From contig JAXLNO010000670.1 of NCBI GenBank assembly GCA_038087875.1, positions 1 through 33,755 on the forward strand: a DNA stretch of 33,755 bases, given 5' to 3'. Of the stretch, positions 11,685-23,100 are shown in pieces (the first letter of the stretch is position 1; every line of letters starts with the position of its first letter). The DNA comes from Malacoraja senta (Eukaryota). The notes beneath the pieces were generated by a model. It did not search any database and had not been told where the DNA came from. It worked only from the letters and a program-made list of their open reading frames with translations. The position numbers and the translations under genes are program-made.

Positions 11685-12003
11685 GGATAGACTCCAAAAT
11701 GCTGGAGTAACTCAGCGGGACAGGCAGCATCTCTGGAGAAAAGGAAGGGGTGATGTTTCGGGTCGAGACCCTTCTTCAGACCGAGAGTCGAGGGGAAGGG
11801 AAATGAGAGATATAGATGGTGGTGTAGAGAGATATAGAACAAATGACTGAAATGTATGGAAAAAAGTAATAATGATAAAAGTTACAGGTCATTGTAAGCT
11901 GTTTGCTAGGTGAGAACAAGAAGCTGGTGTGACTTGGGTGGAGGTGGGATGGAGAAAGAGGGAATGCCGGGGTTACTTGAAGTTAGAGAAATCAATATTC
12001 ATA
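11685..12003 (-). mobile_element. Penelope 3' tail fragment
   Basis: Reverse complement of atgaatattgatttctctaacttcaagtaa (MNIDFSNFK*) followed by the same terminal repeat. Confidence 0.75.
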
Positions 12004-12004
12004 C

Positions 12005-13617
12005 GTCCTCCACAGGCGTCTGTGAGAATGAATTCCAATGATTCACCACCCTATGGCTAAAGAAATTCCCCCTCATCTCCTTTCTAAAGGTAGGTCCTTT
12101 TATTCTGAGGTTGTGACCTCTGGTCCTAGACTCTCGCACTAGTGGAAACATCCTCTCCACATCCACTCTATCCAGGCCTCTACTATTCCTTGTGTCACCC
12201 CACCCATCTACCAACGAGGGGCCGCAGTTTAGGAATAAGGAGTCAGCCATTTAGAACGGAGACGAGGAAACACTTTTTCACACAGAGAGTTGTGAGTCTG
12301 TGGAATTCTCTGCCTCAGAGGGCGGTGGAGGCCGGTTCTCTGGATGCTTTCAAGAGAGAGCTAGATAGGGCTTTAAAGATAGTCAGAGGATATGGGGAGA
12401 AGGCAGGAACGGGGTACTGATTGTGGATATCCCCTGACTCTGCTATCTATTAGAGCATCATCTAGCTCTCTCTTGAAAGTATCCAGAGAACCGGACTCCA
12501 ACGCCCTCTGAGGCAGAGAATTCCACAGACTCACAACACTCTGTGTGAAAAAGTGTTTCCTCGTCTCCGTTCTAAATGGCTTACCCCTTATTCTTAAACT
12601 GTGGCCCCTGGTTCTGGACTCCCCCAACATCGGGAACATGTTTCCTGCCTCGAATGTGACCAAACCCTTAATAATCTTATATGTTTCAATAAGATCCCCT
12701 CTCATCCTTCTAAACCCCAGAGTGTACAAGCCCAGCCGCTCCATTCTCTCAGCATATGACAGTCCCGCCATCCTGGGAATTAACTTCGTGAACCTACGCT
12801 GCACTCCCTCAATAGCAAGACTGTCCTTCCTCAAATTTGGAGACGGAATACGAGGATGTTGCCAGGACTAGAGAGTGTGAGCTACAGGGAGAGGTTGAGT
12901 AGGCTGGGACTCTGTGCCTTGGAGCGCAGGAGGATGTGGGGTGATTTTATAGAGGTGTATAAAACCATGATAGGAATAGATCGGACCGATGCACAGAGTC
13001 TCTTGCCCAGTGTAGGGGAATCGAGGACCAGAGGACATAGGTTCAAGGTGAAGGGGAAAAGATTTAATAGGAATATGAGGGGTATCGTTTTCACACAAAG
13101 GCTGGTGGGTGTATGGAACAAGCTGCCAGAGGAGGTAGTTGAGGCAGAGACTATCCCAACGTTTATGAAACAGTTAGACAGGTACATGGATGGGACAGGT
13201 TTAGGGGTAACATTAGGGGGAACTTCTTTACTCAGAGAGTGGTAGCTGTGTGGAATGAGCTTCCAGTGGAAGTGGTGGAGGCTGGTTCGATTTTATCCTT
13301 TAAAAATAGATTGGATGGGTATATGGACGGGAAAGGAATGGAGGGTTATGGTCTGAGTGCAGGTAGATGGGACTAGGGGGAAGTATTTATTTAAAAAATA
13401 AAAAAAATAAAAAATAAAAAATTAATTAAAAATGTTCGGCACGGACTTGAAGGGCCGAGATGGCCTGTTTCCATGCTGTAATGGTTATATGGTTATATGG
13501 TTATATGGATATGGACGAAACGCAGGCAGGTGGGACTAGTGTAGCTGGGACATGTTGGCCGGTGTGGGCAAGTTGGGCCGAAGGGCCTGTTTCCACGCTG
13601 TATCACTCTATGACTCT
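12005..13617. mobile_element. Cluster of HER1/CR1 3' fragments on both strands
   Basis: Several copies of the RGDL...RTRGH...WN.LP peptides, and an (ATGGTTAT)n tail at ~13480-13510. Confidence 0.85.
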
Positions 13618-14148
13618 AACCTCAGGAACAGCTTCTTGCCCACTGTTATCAGACTACTGAACGGTCCTGCCATGAGCCAAAGTAAGTGAGAGAGTACAAT
13701 TCTGAGGTTAACTTGACTGAAGTCACCGGAGATGATGAATATGGCATCAAGGTTCGAAGCCGGTCCTCCGATAAAGTGCCTCCTAGGACGACGAGATTCC
13801 TTAATGGAGAGGAAATTCCTTAGCAGCGATGAAAAAATGATCATTTATTTCAGTTAGAGGTGGGGGAAATGTGCATTTTTCCATCTGACCCCGCTCCCTC
13901 CCCTTTGTAATGAAGATGAATGGCTTCAGCTTAAATCAATCAGTGATGGCTGCAAAACACATTGGTTCTGGAGGCAATCCTCTGGTGGTTTCTGTGCCTC
14001 TAGATTCCGAGGCCCGGGTTTCGGTCGCCAGGGGCAACGGCGGGGATGAAGGCCGGCCTTCACATCCTGACCAAAACCCCATCCGTCCGCAAACTTTAGA
14101 CCGAGACACATTTGTTCCTCTTCTCCTTCCATTCATTCTCGTTCCATC

Positions 14149-14358
14149 GGGCGGCACGGTGGCGCGGCGGTCGGGCTGCTGTCTCTCAGCGCCAGAGATC
14201 CGGGTTCGATCCTTACCTCGGGTGCTGTCTGTACGGACCTTGTGGGTTTGCTCTGGGAGCTCTGGTTTCCTCCTACACTCCAAACACGTACAGGTTTGTA
14301 GGTTAATTGGCTTCGTTGAAGATTATAAATTGTCCCTAGTGTGTGTAGGATCGTGCTA
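14149..14358 (+). mobile_element. HE1-type V-SINE, 3' truncated
   Basis: gggcggcacggtggcgcggcgg...gggttcgatcc head and V-domain. Confidence 0.78.
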
Positions 14359-14369
14359 GATTTTGTATA

Positions 14370-15259
14370 TAGGAGAATGTGTATTACAATCTGATTGAGT
14401 TTTTTGAAGAAGTAACCAAAAAGGTTGAAGAGATATTGTCTATATGGACATTCCGCATGGTAGGCTACATTGGAAGGTTAGATCCATGGGATCCAAGGAG
14501 AGATAGCCAATTGGGTAGAGAATTGACTTCATCAGATCATAAGATCATGTGATAAGAGCAGAATTAGGCCATTCGGCCCATCAAGTCTGCTCCTCCATTC
14601 AATCATGGCTGATCTATCTCTCCCTCCTAACCCCATTCTCCTGCCTTCTCCCCGTAACCTCTGACACCCGTACTAATCAAAAATCTATCTTTATCTCTGC
14701 CTTAAATAAATGCACTGACTTGGCCTCCACAGCCTTCTGTGGCAAAGAATCCCACAGATTCACCACCCTCTGAGTAAATGGAAGGAAGCAGAGGGTGATG
14801 GTGGAAGGTTGTTTTTCTGACTGGAGGCCTCAGGGTTCGATGCTGAGCCCATTACTGTATGTGGTTAGTAGGTTTGTAGATCACACTAAAATTGGTGGTA
14901 TTGTAGATAGCAAAAATGGCTATCAAAAATTACAACAGGATCTTGGGCAAGTGAGCTGAGGAATAGTTAATGGAGTTGAATGCAGATAAATGTGAGGTGT
15001 TACATTTTGGGAAGTTAAACCACGGTTTGATCTGGAAAGGGTGCAGGGAAGATTTACGCGGATGTTGCCAGGATTTGAGGGCCTGAGCTACAGGGAGAGG
15101 TTGTGAAACATAGAAACATAGAAAATAGGTGCAGGAGTAGGCCATTCGGCCCTTCGAGCCAGCACCGCCATTCAATATGATCATGGCTGATCATCCACAA
15201 TCAGTACCCCGTTCCTGCTTTCTCCCCATATCCCCTGATTCCGTTAGCCCTTAGAGCTA
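14370..15259. mobile_element. Decayed HER1/CR1 RT-region fragments with nested minus-strand 3' ends
   Basis: ctgattgagttttttgaagaagtaacc, gatcacactaaaattggtgg and aatgcagataaatgtgaggtg, with a (catagaaa)n tail at ~15105-15125. Confidence 0.7.
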
Positions 15260-16291
15260 TCTGTATAATTAAAAGTCTCATCTTGACCACTTCCTGTTTG
15301 CACTGCATATTGATTTTAGAAGAAACGCTACCACTTACGGCTGTGATTTTTGGCCATCTTACTCAGAGTCTCCCTCCGCCGTGCAGGACAAGAGGATTTT
15401 TCCCATCCATGAAAAATAAAAGAGTTATTAATGTTTAAAAAATATTGAGATTCTCTTTCCTGTCAATCACGCCATGAAGACCACGCCCCTTCTGGTGGGA
15501 GGGGGAGGGATTATAAAACCTGGAAGTGTGGGCGTGGCTCAGTCTCTGCAAGATGGGGGAGCGAGAGGTCACGACTCTCTGTCTGAGCTGTGAATCAATT
15601 GAACACACTGAATGTCTACTGAACTGTGTGTTGTTTTTATGTGTTTTTTATATGGTTTTGTGGTATTTTGTGGTGTTTTATGTGGTTTTATGGTGGTTTT
15701 GCCCTGCTGGAAATGGTATGAAACTGGATTTGAATTTGGTGGCCTTGCATCCTACATGAAATGGTATGAAACTGCACTTGAATTTGGTGGCCTTGCACCC
15801 TGCTTGAAATGGTATGAAACTGCACTTGAGTTTGGTGGCCTTGCACCTGCTTGAAATGGTAGGATCATGCACTTGAGTCTGGTGGCCTTGCACCCTGCTT
15901 GAAATGGTATGAAACTGCACTTGAGTTTGGTGGCCTTGCATCCTGCTTGAAATGGTAGGAAACTACATTTGAATTTGGTGGCCTTGCACCCTGCTTGAAA
16001 TGAAATTTCAAGGAATAGCCATGAGTCAATTGCCAGCCCACCAGCCGTGAGTGAGTGAGCTGCCAGCACAACAGGCTTGAGTGACCGAGCTGCCAGCCCA
16101 AGAATCCATTCGGCCCACAATGTCCATACTAGCCCTCTGGAAACCAGTCCCTTCAGCCCACAACACCCATATTAGCGCTCCAGAAAGCCCCCCCCCCCCC
16201 ACTGGCCACCAATATTGGAATTGGTGTAGAGGTGGAATATTGCGTTGGGGGACCAGCCCTTCCGTGTGAACATGGGACCCATTTAGTCTTC
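15260..16291 (+). mobile_element. Probable non-autonomous Helitron
   Basis: Starts 5'-TC (tctgtataatt) and lies between A and T of a HER1 3' UTR (agagctA|Tatctaact) with no TSD. The subterminal palindrome atgggacccat is followed by ttagtcttc (CTRR end degraded). Contains an internal minisatellite. Confidence 0.6.
15710..16001 (+). repeat. 48-bp minisatellite, 6 copies
   Basis: Unit gaaatggtatgaaactgcacttgaatttggtggccttgcaccctgctt starting at 15710, 15758, 15806, 15853, 15901 and 15949. Confidence 0.95.
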
Positions 16292-16536
16292 TATCTAACT
16301 ATAGTCTTGGAGTCTTTCGACTCTATTCCTTGGAGTGCGGGAAGATGAGGGGTTGATCTTATAAATTTGCATTAGATCTTGAGGGGAATGTAGTCTTTTA
16401 CCAAGAGAAGGGACATAGGTGAGTGGGAAAGATTTGATACGAATCTGAGGGGCAACATTTTCACACAAAGGGTGTATGAGGTAGGGACTATTGCAATGTT
16501 TAAGAAGCAATTAGACAGGTACATGGTTAGGATTGG

Positions 16537-17140
16537 TGTAGGAAAGAACTGCAGATGCTGGTTTAAATCGAAGGTAGACACAAAATGCTGGAGTAACTCA
16601 ACGGGACAGGAAGCATCTCTGGAGAGCAGGAATGGGCGACATTTTGGGTCGAGACCCTTCTTCAGACTGGTCTGAGGACAGGTTTACATGGACATGGGCC
16701 GAACTTGGGCAGGTGACGCAGCGGTAGATTCCTGCCTTCCCCGAGTTCGTCCCGACTACGGGTGCTGTCTGTACGGAGTTTGTACGTTCTCCCCGTGACC
16801 TGCGTGGGTTTTCTCCGAGAACTTCGCTTTCCTCCCACACTCCAGAGACGTACAGGTTTGAAGGATAATTGGCATGGTACAAGTGTCAATTGTCTGAAGA
16901 AGGGTCTCGACCCGAAATGCCACCCATTCCTTCAGTCCAGAGTCGCTGCCTGTCCCGCTGAGTTACTCCAGCATTTTGTGTCTACCTTCGATGTTCACCA
17001 GCATCTGCAGTTCCTTCCTACATAAATTGTCCCCAGTGTGTGTAGGATAATGTTAATGTGTGAGGATCGCTGGTCGGCGCGGACTCGGAGGGCCGAAGGG
17101 CCTGTTTCCGCACTGTATCTCCAAACTAAACTAAAACTAA
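16537..17140. mobile_element. HE1 SINE interleaved with two oppositely oriented Penelope terminal fragments (16537-16667 minus, 16892-17022 plus)
   Basis: The SINE head, V-domain and tail are collinear. The two ~130-bp fragments are reverse complements of each other. Confidence 0.7.
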
Positions 17141-17359
17141 AGGTGAGATGAGTGTAGATTGGGCACCTTGGTCAGTGTGGGCAAGTCGGGCCGTGCTGTG
17201 TGACTGAGACTATCAGGAGAGATGGGGGCATTAAGAGGCCTCTTATACCCCGCCACCTATTTACCCCTCTCTGACTGCAATTTACTGCACTTTCATTCCT
17301 CCCCTTATCTCACACTCCTTTTTCTCCTTGTCTCCTTTTTGATCCTTTTTATCACCTCC

Positions 17360-17743
17360 TTCAGTTCAGTTTATTGTCACGTGTACCGAGGTACAGTGAA
17401 AAGCTTTTGTTGCGTGCTAACCAGCCAGCAGAAAGACAATACATGATTACAATCGATCCATTTACAGTGTACAGATACATGATAAGGGAATAACGTTTAG
17501 TGCAAGGGAGAGCCAGCAAAATCTGATCAAGGATAGTCCGAGGGTCACCAATGAGGTAGATAGTAGTTCAGCACGGCTCTCTGGTTGTTGGTAGGATGGT
17601 TCAGTTGCCTGATAACAGCTGGGAAGAAACTGCCCCAGAATCTGGAGGTGTGCGTTTTCACACTTCTGTACCTCTTGCCCGACGGGAGAGGGGAGAAGAG
17701 GGAGTGGCCGGGGTGCGACTGGTCCTTGATGATGCTGCTGGCC
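17360..17743 (-). mobile_element. Rex1/Babar-like LINE 3' end
   Basis: Reverse complement of the 28130-28505 sequence. Confidence 0.8.
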
Positions 17744-18636
17744 TTTGCATCGTGATGTTTAGTTCAGTTTAAAGATACAGAAAAGAAACAGGCCCTTCAG
17801 CCCACCGGGTCCATGCCGACCATCGATCACCGACTATCTTCCCCTCCCCTTTTTATCATCTTCTTCAGTTTAGTTTATTGTCACGTGTCACCGAGGTACA
17901 GTGAAAAGCTTTTGATGCGTGTTATCCAGTCAGCGGAATCTGAAGAAGGGTTAGGGTTAGAGTCTGAAGAAGGGTTTCGACCCGAAACGTTGCCTATTTC
18001 CTACGCTCCATAGATGCTGCCTCACCCGCTGAGGTTCTCCAGCATTTTTGTCTACAGTGGAATGATAGGAGTGAATACTGAAGACATGTCAAGGATGGTA
18101 GTGGAGGGCCGAAGGGCCTGTTTCCATGCTGTTGATCAATCAGTCTGAAGACGGGTCTCGACCCGAAACATCACCCATTCCTTCTCTCCAGAGACGCTGC
18201 CTGTCCCGCTGAGTTACTCCAGCATTTTGTGCCTGTCTTCGGTTTAAACCAGCACCTGCAGTTCCTCCCTCCACGTACTTATCTTGTTGCGTTGCCGGGG
18301 GTGGTAAACGGTAGCGAGCGGGTACCAGGCTTAGCCCGTGTGTGCGGCAGATCCACAAGGCAAGGCCCCAGCAGTCGCTCCCTAAGGGAGTGGGGTGGAG
18401 GAGGTGAGCGCCACCAATTAACCTCCCAACGTCATCCGCAAACACACTCACCAAGCACTTCAGAGGACAAACACTCGCCCTTTTAAAGGTGGAGAGTTTT
18501 TTTTCCCCCCCTCTCTGCCCAGTCCCATTTCCTGCGCTCATTAATCACCAGCTACTGATGGAGTGCTTCACATATTTGCTTTCAACCTTCGTTCTCATTG
18601 TTTTAGTTCACTCCTCGCTTTGGGGAATGGATCGCC

Positions 18637-18785
18637 GGGCGGCACAGCGAGTAGAGCTGATGCCTCGCAGCCCCCCAGAGACCCGGGTTCGATCCTGACC
18701 TCGTGTGCTGTCTACGTGCGTGGAGTTTGCACGCTCTCCCCCGTGACCGTGTGGGTTTTCTCCGGGCGCTCCGGTTCCCTCCCAC
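18637..18785 (+). mobile_element. HE1-type V-SINE 5' half
   Basis: B box gggttcgatcc and V-domain. Confidence 0.75.
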
Positions 18786-18814
18786 ACGGTTTCGCTCCGG
18801 GGCGGCACAGCGGT

Positions 18815-19710
18815 ATCTGACTGATTCCTGGGATGGCAGGACTTTCATATGAAGAAAGACTGGATGGACTCGGCTTGTACTCGCTAGAATTTAGAAGATG
18901 GAGGGGGGATCTTATAGAAACTTACAAAATTCTTAAGGGGTTGGACAGGCTAGATGCAGGAAGATTGTTCCCGATGTTGGGGAAGTCCAGGACAAGGGGT
19001 CACAGCTTAAGGATAAGGGGGAAATCTTTTAGGACCGAGATGAGAAAAAAAAATTCACACAGAGAGTGGTGAATCTGTGGAACTCTCTGCCACAGAAGGT
19101 AGTTGAGGCCAGTTCATTGGCTATATTTAAGAAGGAGTTAGATGTGGCCCGTGTGGCTAAAGGGATCAGGGGGTATGGAGAGAAAGCAGGTACAGGATAC
19201 TGATTGGGGATGATCAGCCATGATCATATTGAATGGCGGTGCAGGCTCGAAGGGCCGAATGGCCTACTCCTGCACCTAATTTCTATGTTTCTATGTTTGT
19301 ATGTTTCGGGAGCTGCCTGTAAGGAGTTTGTACGTTCTCCCCGTGACCGTGTGGGTTTTCTCCGAGATCTTTGGGTTTCCTCCCACACTCCACAACAGTG
19401 AGATGTGGAGAGGATGTTTCCACTAGTGGGAGAGTCTAGGACCAAAGATCATAGCCTTTTGGAAGGAAATGAAGAGGCATTTCTTTTGTCAGAGGGTGGT
19501 GAATCTGTGGAATTCTTTGCCACAGAAGGCTGTGGAGGCCAAGTAGATGGATATTTAATAAGTCAGAGATAGATAGACTCTTGATTAGTACGGGTGTCAG
19601 GGGTTATGGGGAGAAGGCAGGAGAATGGGGTTAGGAGGGAGAGATAGATCGGCCATGATTGAATGACGGAGTAGATGCGATGGGCCGAATGGCCTAATTC
19701 TCCTCTAATT
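18815..19710 (+). mobile_element. HER1/CR1 3' ends (18815-19300 with a (TTTCTATG)n tail; 19400-19710)
   Basis: MAGLSYEERL...RGDLIETYKILKGLDRLD...RTRGHSLRIRG and the conserved gggccgaatggccta terminus. Confidence 0.85.
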
Positions 19711-19847
19711 CATAAGGGCCTGTCCCACTTACGTGTCCTTGGCACGGAAATTACGCGACCTCGTGGTCGCGTTGAGGCGTGACGGTCCCGCGAAGGTCGG
19801 GCGCGATTACATGCGCCCGCACAGCTGTCTGGAGCGCATGACGTAAT

Positions 19848-20043
19848 TTGAAGATGGACACAAAGCTGGAGTAACTCAGCGGGACCGGCAGCATCTCTGG
19901 AGAGAAGGAATGGGTGATGTTTCGTGTCGAGACTCTTCTTCAGTCTGAAAGAAGGGTCTTGACCCGAAACGTCACCCATTCCTTCTCTCCAGAGATGCTG
20001 CCGGTCCTGCTGAGTTACTCCTGCATTTTGTGTCCATCTTCAA
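19848..20043. repeat. ~196-bp palindrome made of two head-to-head Penelope terminal-repeat fragments
   Basis: ttgaagatggacacaaa...cttcttcag-t-ctgaaagaaggg...tttgtgtccatcttcaa. The arms are near-perfect reverse complements, centred at 19944. Confidence 0.85.
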
Positions 20044-20057
20044 TTTTCTTGGCCCCC

Positions 20058-20089
<32 letters not shown>

Positions 20090-20186
20090 CCGTAAATGTT
20101 TTTTTATTAGATTTTTAAACAAATGTACAATTTACAAGGAAGGGTAGAAAGCTCACACAATTTTAAAAACCATTTACACATAATTA

Positions 20187-23100
20187 TCAAATTAAAATAT
20201 TAACATTTTTATCTATAATATATTCAACCTCCTGCGGTGACCAGCGTTCACAGAAGGCCTCCACAGTCCCCGTGGACACCGCGTGTTCCCTCTCTAGGGA
20301 CACGCGGGCACGGACGTAACCCCGGAAAAGGGGCAGGCAGCCGACCGCTGTGCGGCCGTCGACCGCCCGCTGCCTGGACCCGCGAATGGCCATCTTGGCC
20401 AGGCCCAGGAGCAGACCGACAGGGAGACCCCCTCCTCCCTCCCGACCCTCCCCCCTCTTTACCGGGTGCCCATAAATTAATAGCGTTGGACTAAAATGTA
20501 GCCAAAACTTGAGGAGCAGCCCTTTCAGATACTCGAACAGGGGCTGCAACCTCTCGCACTCTATATACACGTGGAACACGGTCTCTTCCTCACCGCAGAA
20601 ATGACAAGCAGGGGAAGAGTCCGTGAACCGGCTCAAGTACCTATTACAGGCCACGGCTTTGTGCAAAACTCTCCACCCCAGGTCCCCGATGTAAAGGGGG
20701 AGGACTCCCTTGTAGAGAGACCTCCACTGGGGACCGCTCCCCTCGTCAGGTGGTAACACGGACCGCCAGGGTGTGTCTGGACGGAAGACGAGGGCGAGGA
20801 AGTGGAGAGTGTGCAAGAGCAGCCTGTACAGTACTCGCCTCTCCGCGCCACGGAATGGCACACTGGGCATCTCAGAAAGGCGGCTCATGTTGCATGGGGC
20901 CGGCTCTCGGGGAGGGTCCCGGGCCATGGGCCCTATGAACAATTCCGACTGAGCGGGGGTAAGCTCGTCCGGAATCGCTCCATGCACACGCCTCTCCTCG
21001 ATACCCACCGTCACAGCCACGACACCCCCCTCCCCCTGAGGAGCAGGGCCCTGGCTGAAGGTGACCAAATTCCTGGCCTTCAGGACTTCACGGTAAAAGC
21101 CAGGCAACTCCCGCCTAGCGCGTCGACTCATGCCCGCTACCGGGAGCCGGGAGCCCTCCTGAAGGCACCGCCCCTGACGGAAAAAGTACGTCGCCAGCAC
21201 GTGCCATTTAGGAGGGTAGTCCGAGTAGACGTACCTCCGCAGGGTCCTGAGTCGGAGAGCCGCCACCTGGGTACGAAGACAGACCAGCGCCTGACCACCC
21301 TCCTCCAACGGGAGACTCAGAACCCCAGCAGAGACCCAGTGGTTCCTCTCCCCCCAGAAGAAGTTGACCAATCTCCTCTGTAACATAGTTATAAAATAAG
21401 AGGATGGGACCATAGTGGCCATCCGGTACCACAGTAGAGAGGCCACCAGCTGGTTTATAACTATAGCCCTGCCCCGGTAAGAGAGCACACCAAGTAGGCC
21501 TGACCAACGTCCCAGCCGGGCGACCACTTTCGCCTCCAGCTCCTGCCAGTTCGCCGGCCACCCCTCCTCAGCGGGACTCAGGTAGACCCCCAGATAAAGG
21601 AGGTGCGTGGTACTCCACGCAAAACCTGCCATCTCCTCCGGCAGGGAGTCCACCTGCCACCCACCCATCAAGAGACCAGAACACTTCCCCCAGTTGATCC
21701 TGGCGGAGGATGCAGCCGAGAAAACCTGCTGGCACTCACGCATCCTCCGCAGGTCAACAGGGTCGGTGAACATCAGAAGGACATCATCGGCGTAGGCCGA
21801 GAGAACCACCTCCATCCCCGGCCCCGGTAAAGCCAGGCCTGTCAACCGCCTCCGGAGAAGGCACAGGAAAGGCTCGACACAGATGGAATACAGCTGGCCG
21901 GACATGGGACATCCCTGACGAACCCCCCTCCCAAAGGGAATGGGGGCCAACAATGAGCCGTTGACCTTAACAAGGCATTCTGCAGCAGTATATAACAGTC
22001 GGACCCAGGCCACAAAATGCGGTCCAAATCCGAACGCCTGCAGAGTCCCAAGAAGGTAGTCGTGCTCCACCCTGTCAAACGCCTTCTCCTGGTCGAGGGA
22101 GAGAAAGGCGACCGACTGACCAGCCCCCTGGGACAGATGGATCAGGTCCCGGAGCAGATGGATATTGTCCTGGATGGACCAGCCCGGGACTGTGTACGAC
22201 TGGTCAGGGTGGATCACCTGGGACAGCACGGGACCCAGGCGATTCGCCAATGCCCTTGCAAAGACTTTATAGTCCGTGCTGAGGAGAGAGACCGGGCGCC
22301 AGTTCTTCAAAAGGTGAAGATCGCCCTTCTTGGGCAGCAGGACAACAACTGCCCTGCGCCAAGAGAAAGGCATCTCCCCGGTCGCCAGGCTCTCCCCCAG
22401 GACCTTCATATAGTCGCCCCCCAGGACATCCCAGAAGGCTCTAAGGTACTCCACAGTCAGCCCATCCAGCCCTGGAGACTTGCCCCTCCTAAGCTGGTGC
22501 AGGGCACCAGTCAACTCCTCCAGAGTTAGGGGATCATCCAGGTGTTCAGCCACATCATTGCACACTACGGGTAAGCCCTCCCACAGGACTTCTTGCGCCT
22601 CCCCACTCGATGTGCCAGCTGAGAACAGAGTCCTGTAGAAAGACCGAACCGAGGCACCAATGCTCTCTGGATCTGTGACAGAGGAGCCATCATCCGCAAG
22701 CAACTCTACAAGCTGCCTGCGGGCTCCTCGCCCCTTCTCCAGAGAAAAGAAAAAGGGGGAGGCGCGGTCCAGGTCGTGCAACATCTGGACCCGTGACCTC
22801 ACATACGCACCCCGGGACCTCCTAAGCTGCAAGTCCCTCAGTGCTCCCTTCTTCTCCTGGTATTCCTCCCACTCACACGAAGCCCCACCAGTCTGATCCA
22901 GATGAGCCTCCGAGTCGAGCAACTCTCTCTCAAGCCGTCCGATCTCGGATTCCCGCCCCTTGGTCGACCCCCTCGCATAGTCCTGGCAAAACTGACGGAC
23001 GTAGACTTTCCCCACGTCCCACCACTGCCTTAGGGAAAGGAAACGCCCCTGCCTCTCTCTCCACCTCACCCAGAACTGCCTGAATGAATCCCGGAATCGG

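Noticed and set aside
13690..13757. Host exon encoding DAIFIISGDFSQVNL
   Set aside because: It looks like a decayed LINE APE endonuclease GDFN motif, too short to call a gene.
15710..16001. CRISPR array or repeat-protein gene (KWYETALEFGGLAPCL)n
   Set aside because: The units are contiguous with no unique spacers, the context is eukaryotic, and open frames on both strands follow from a unit length divisible by 3.
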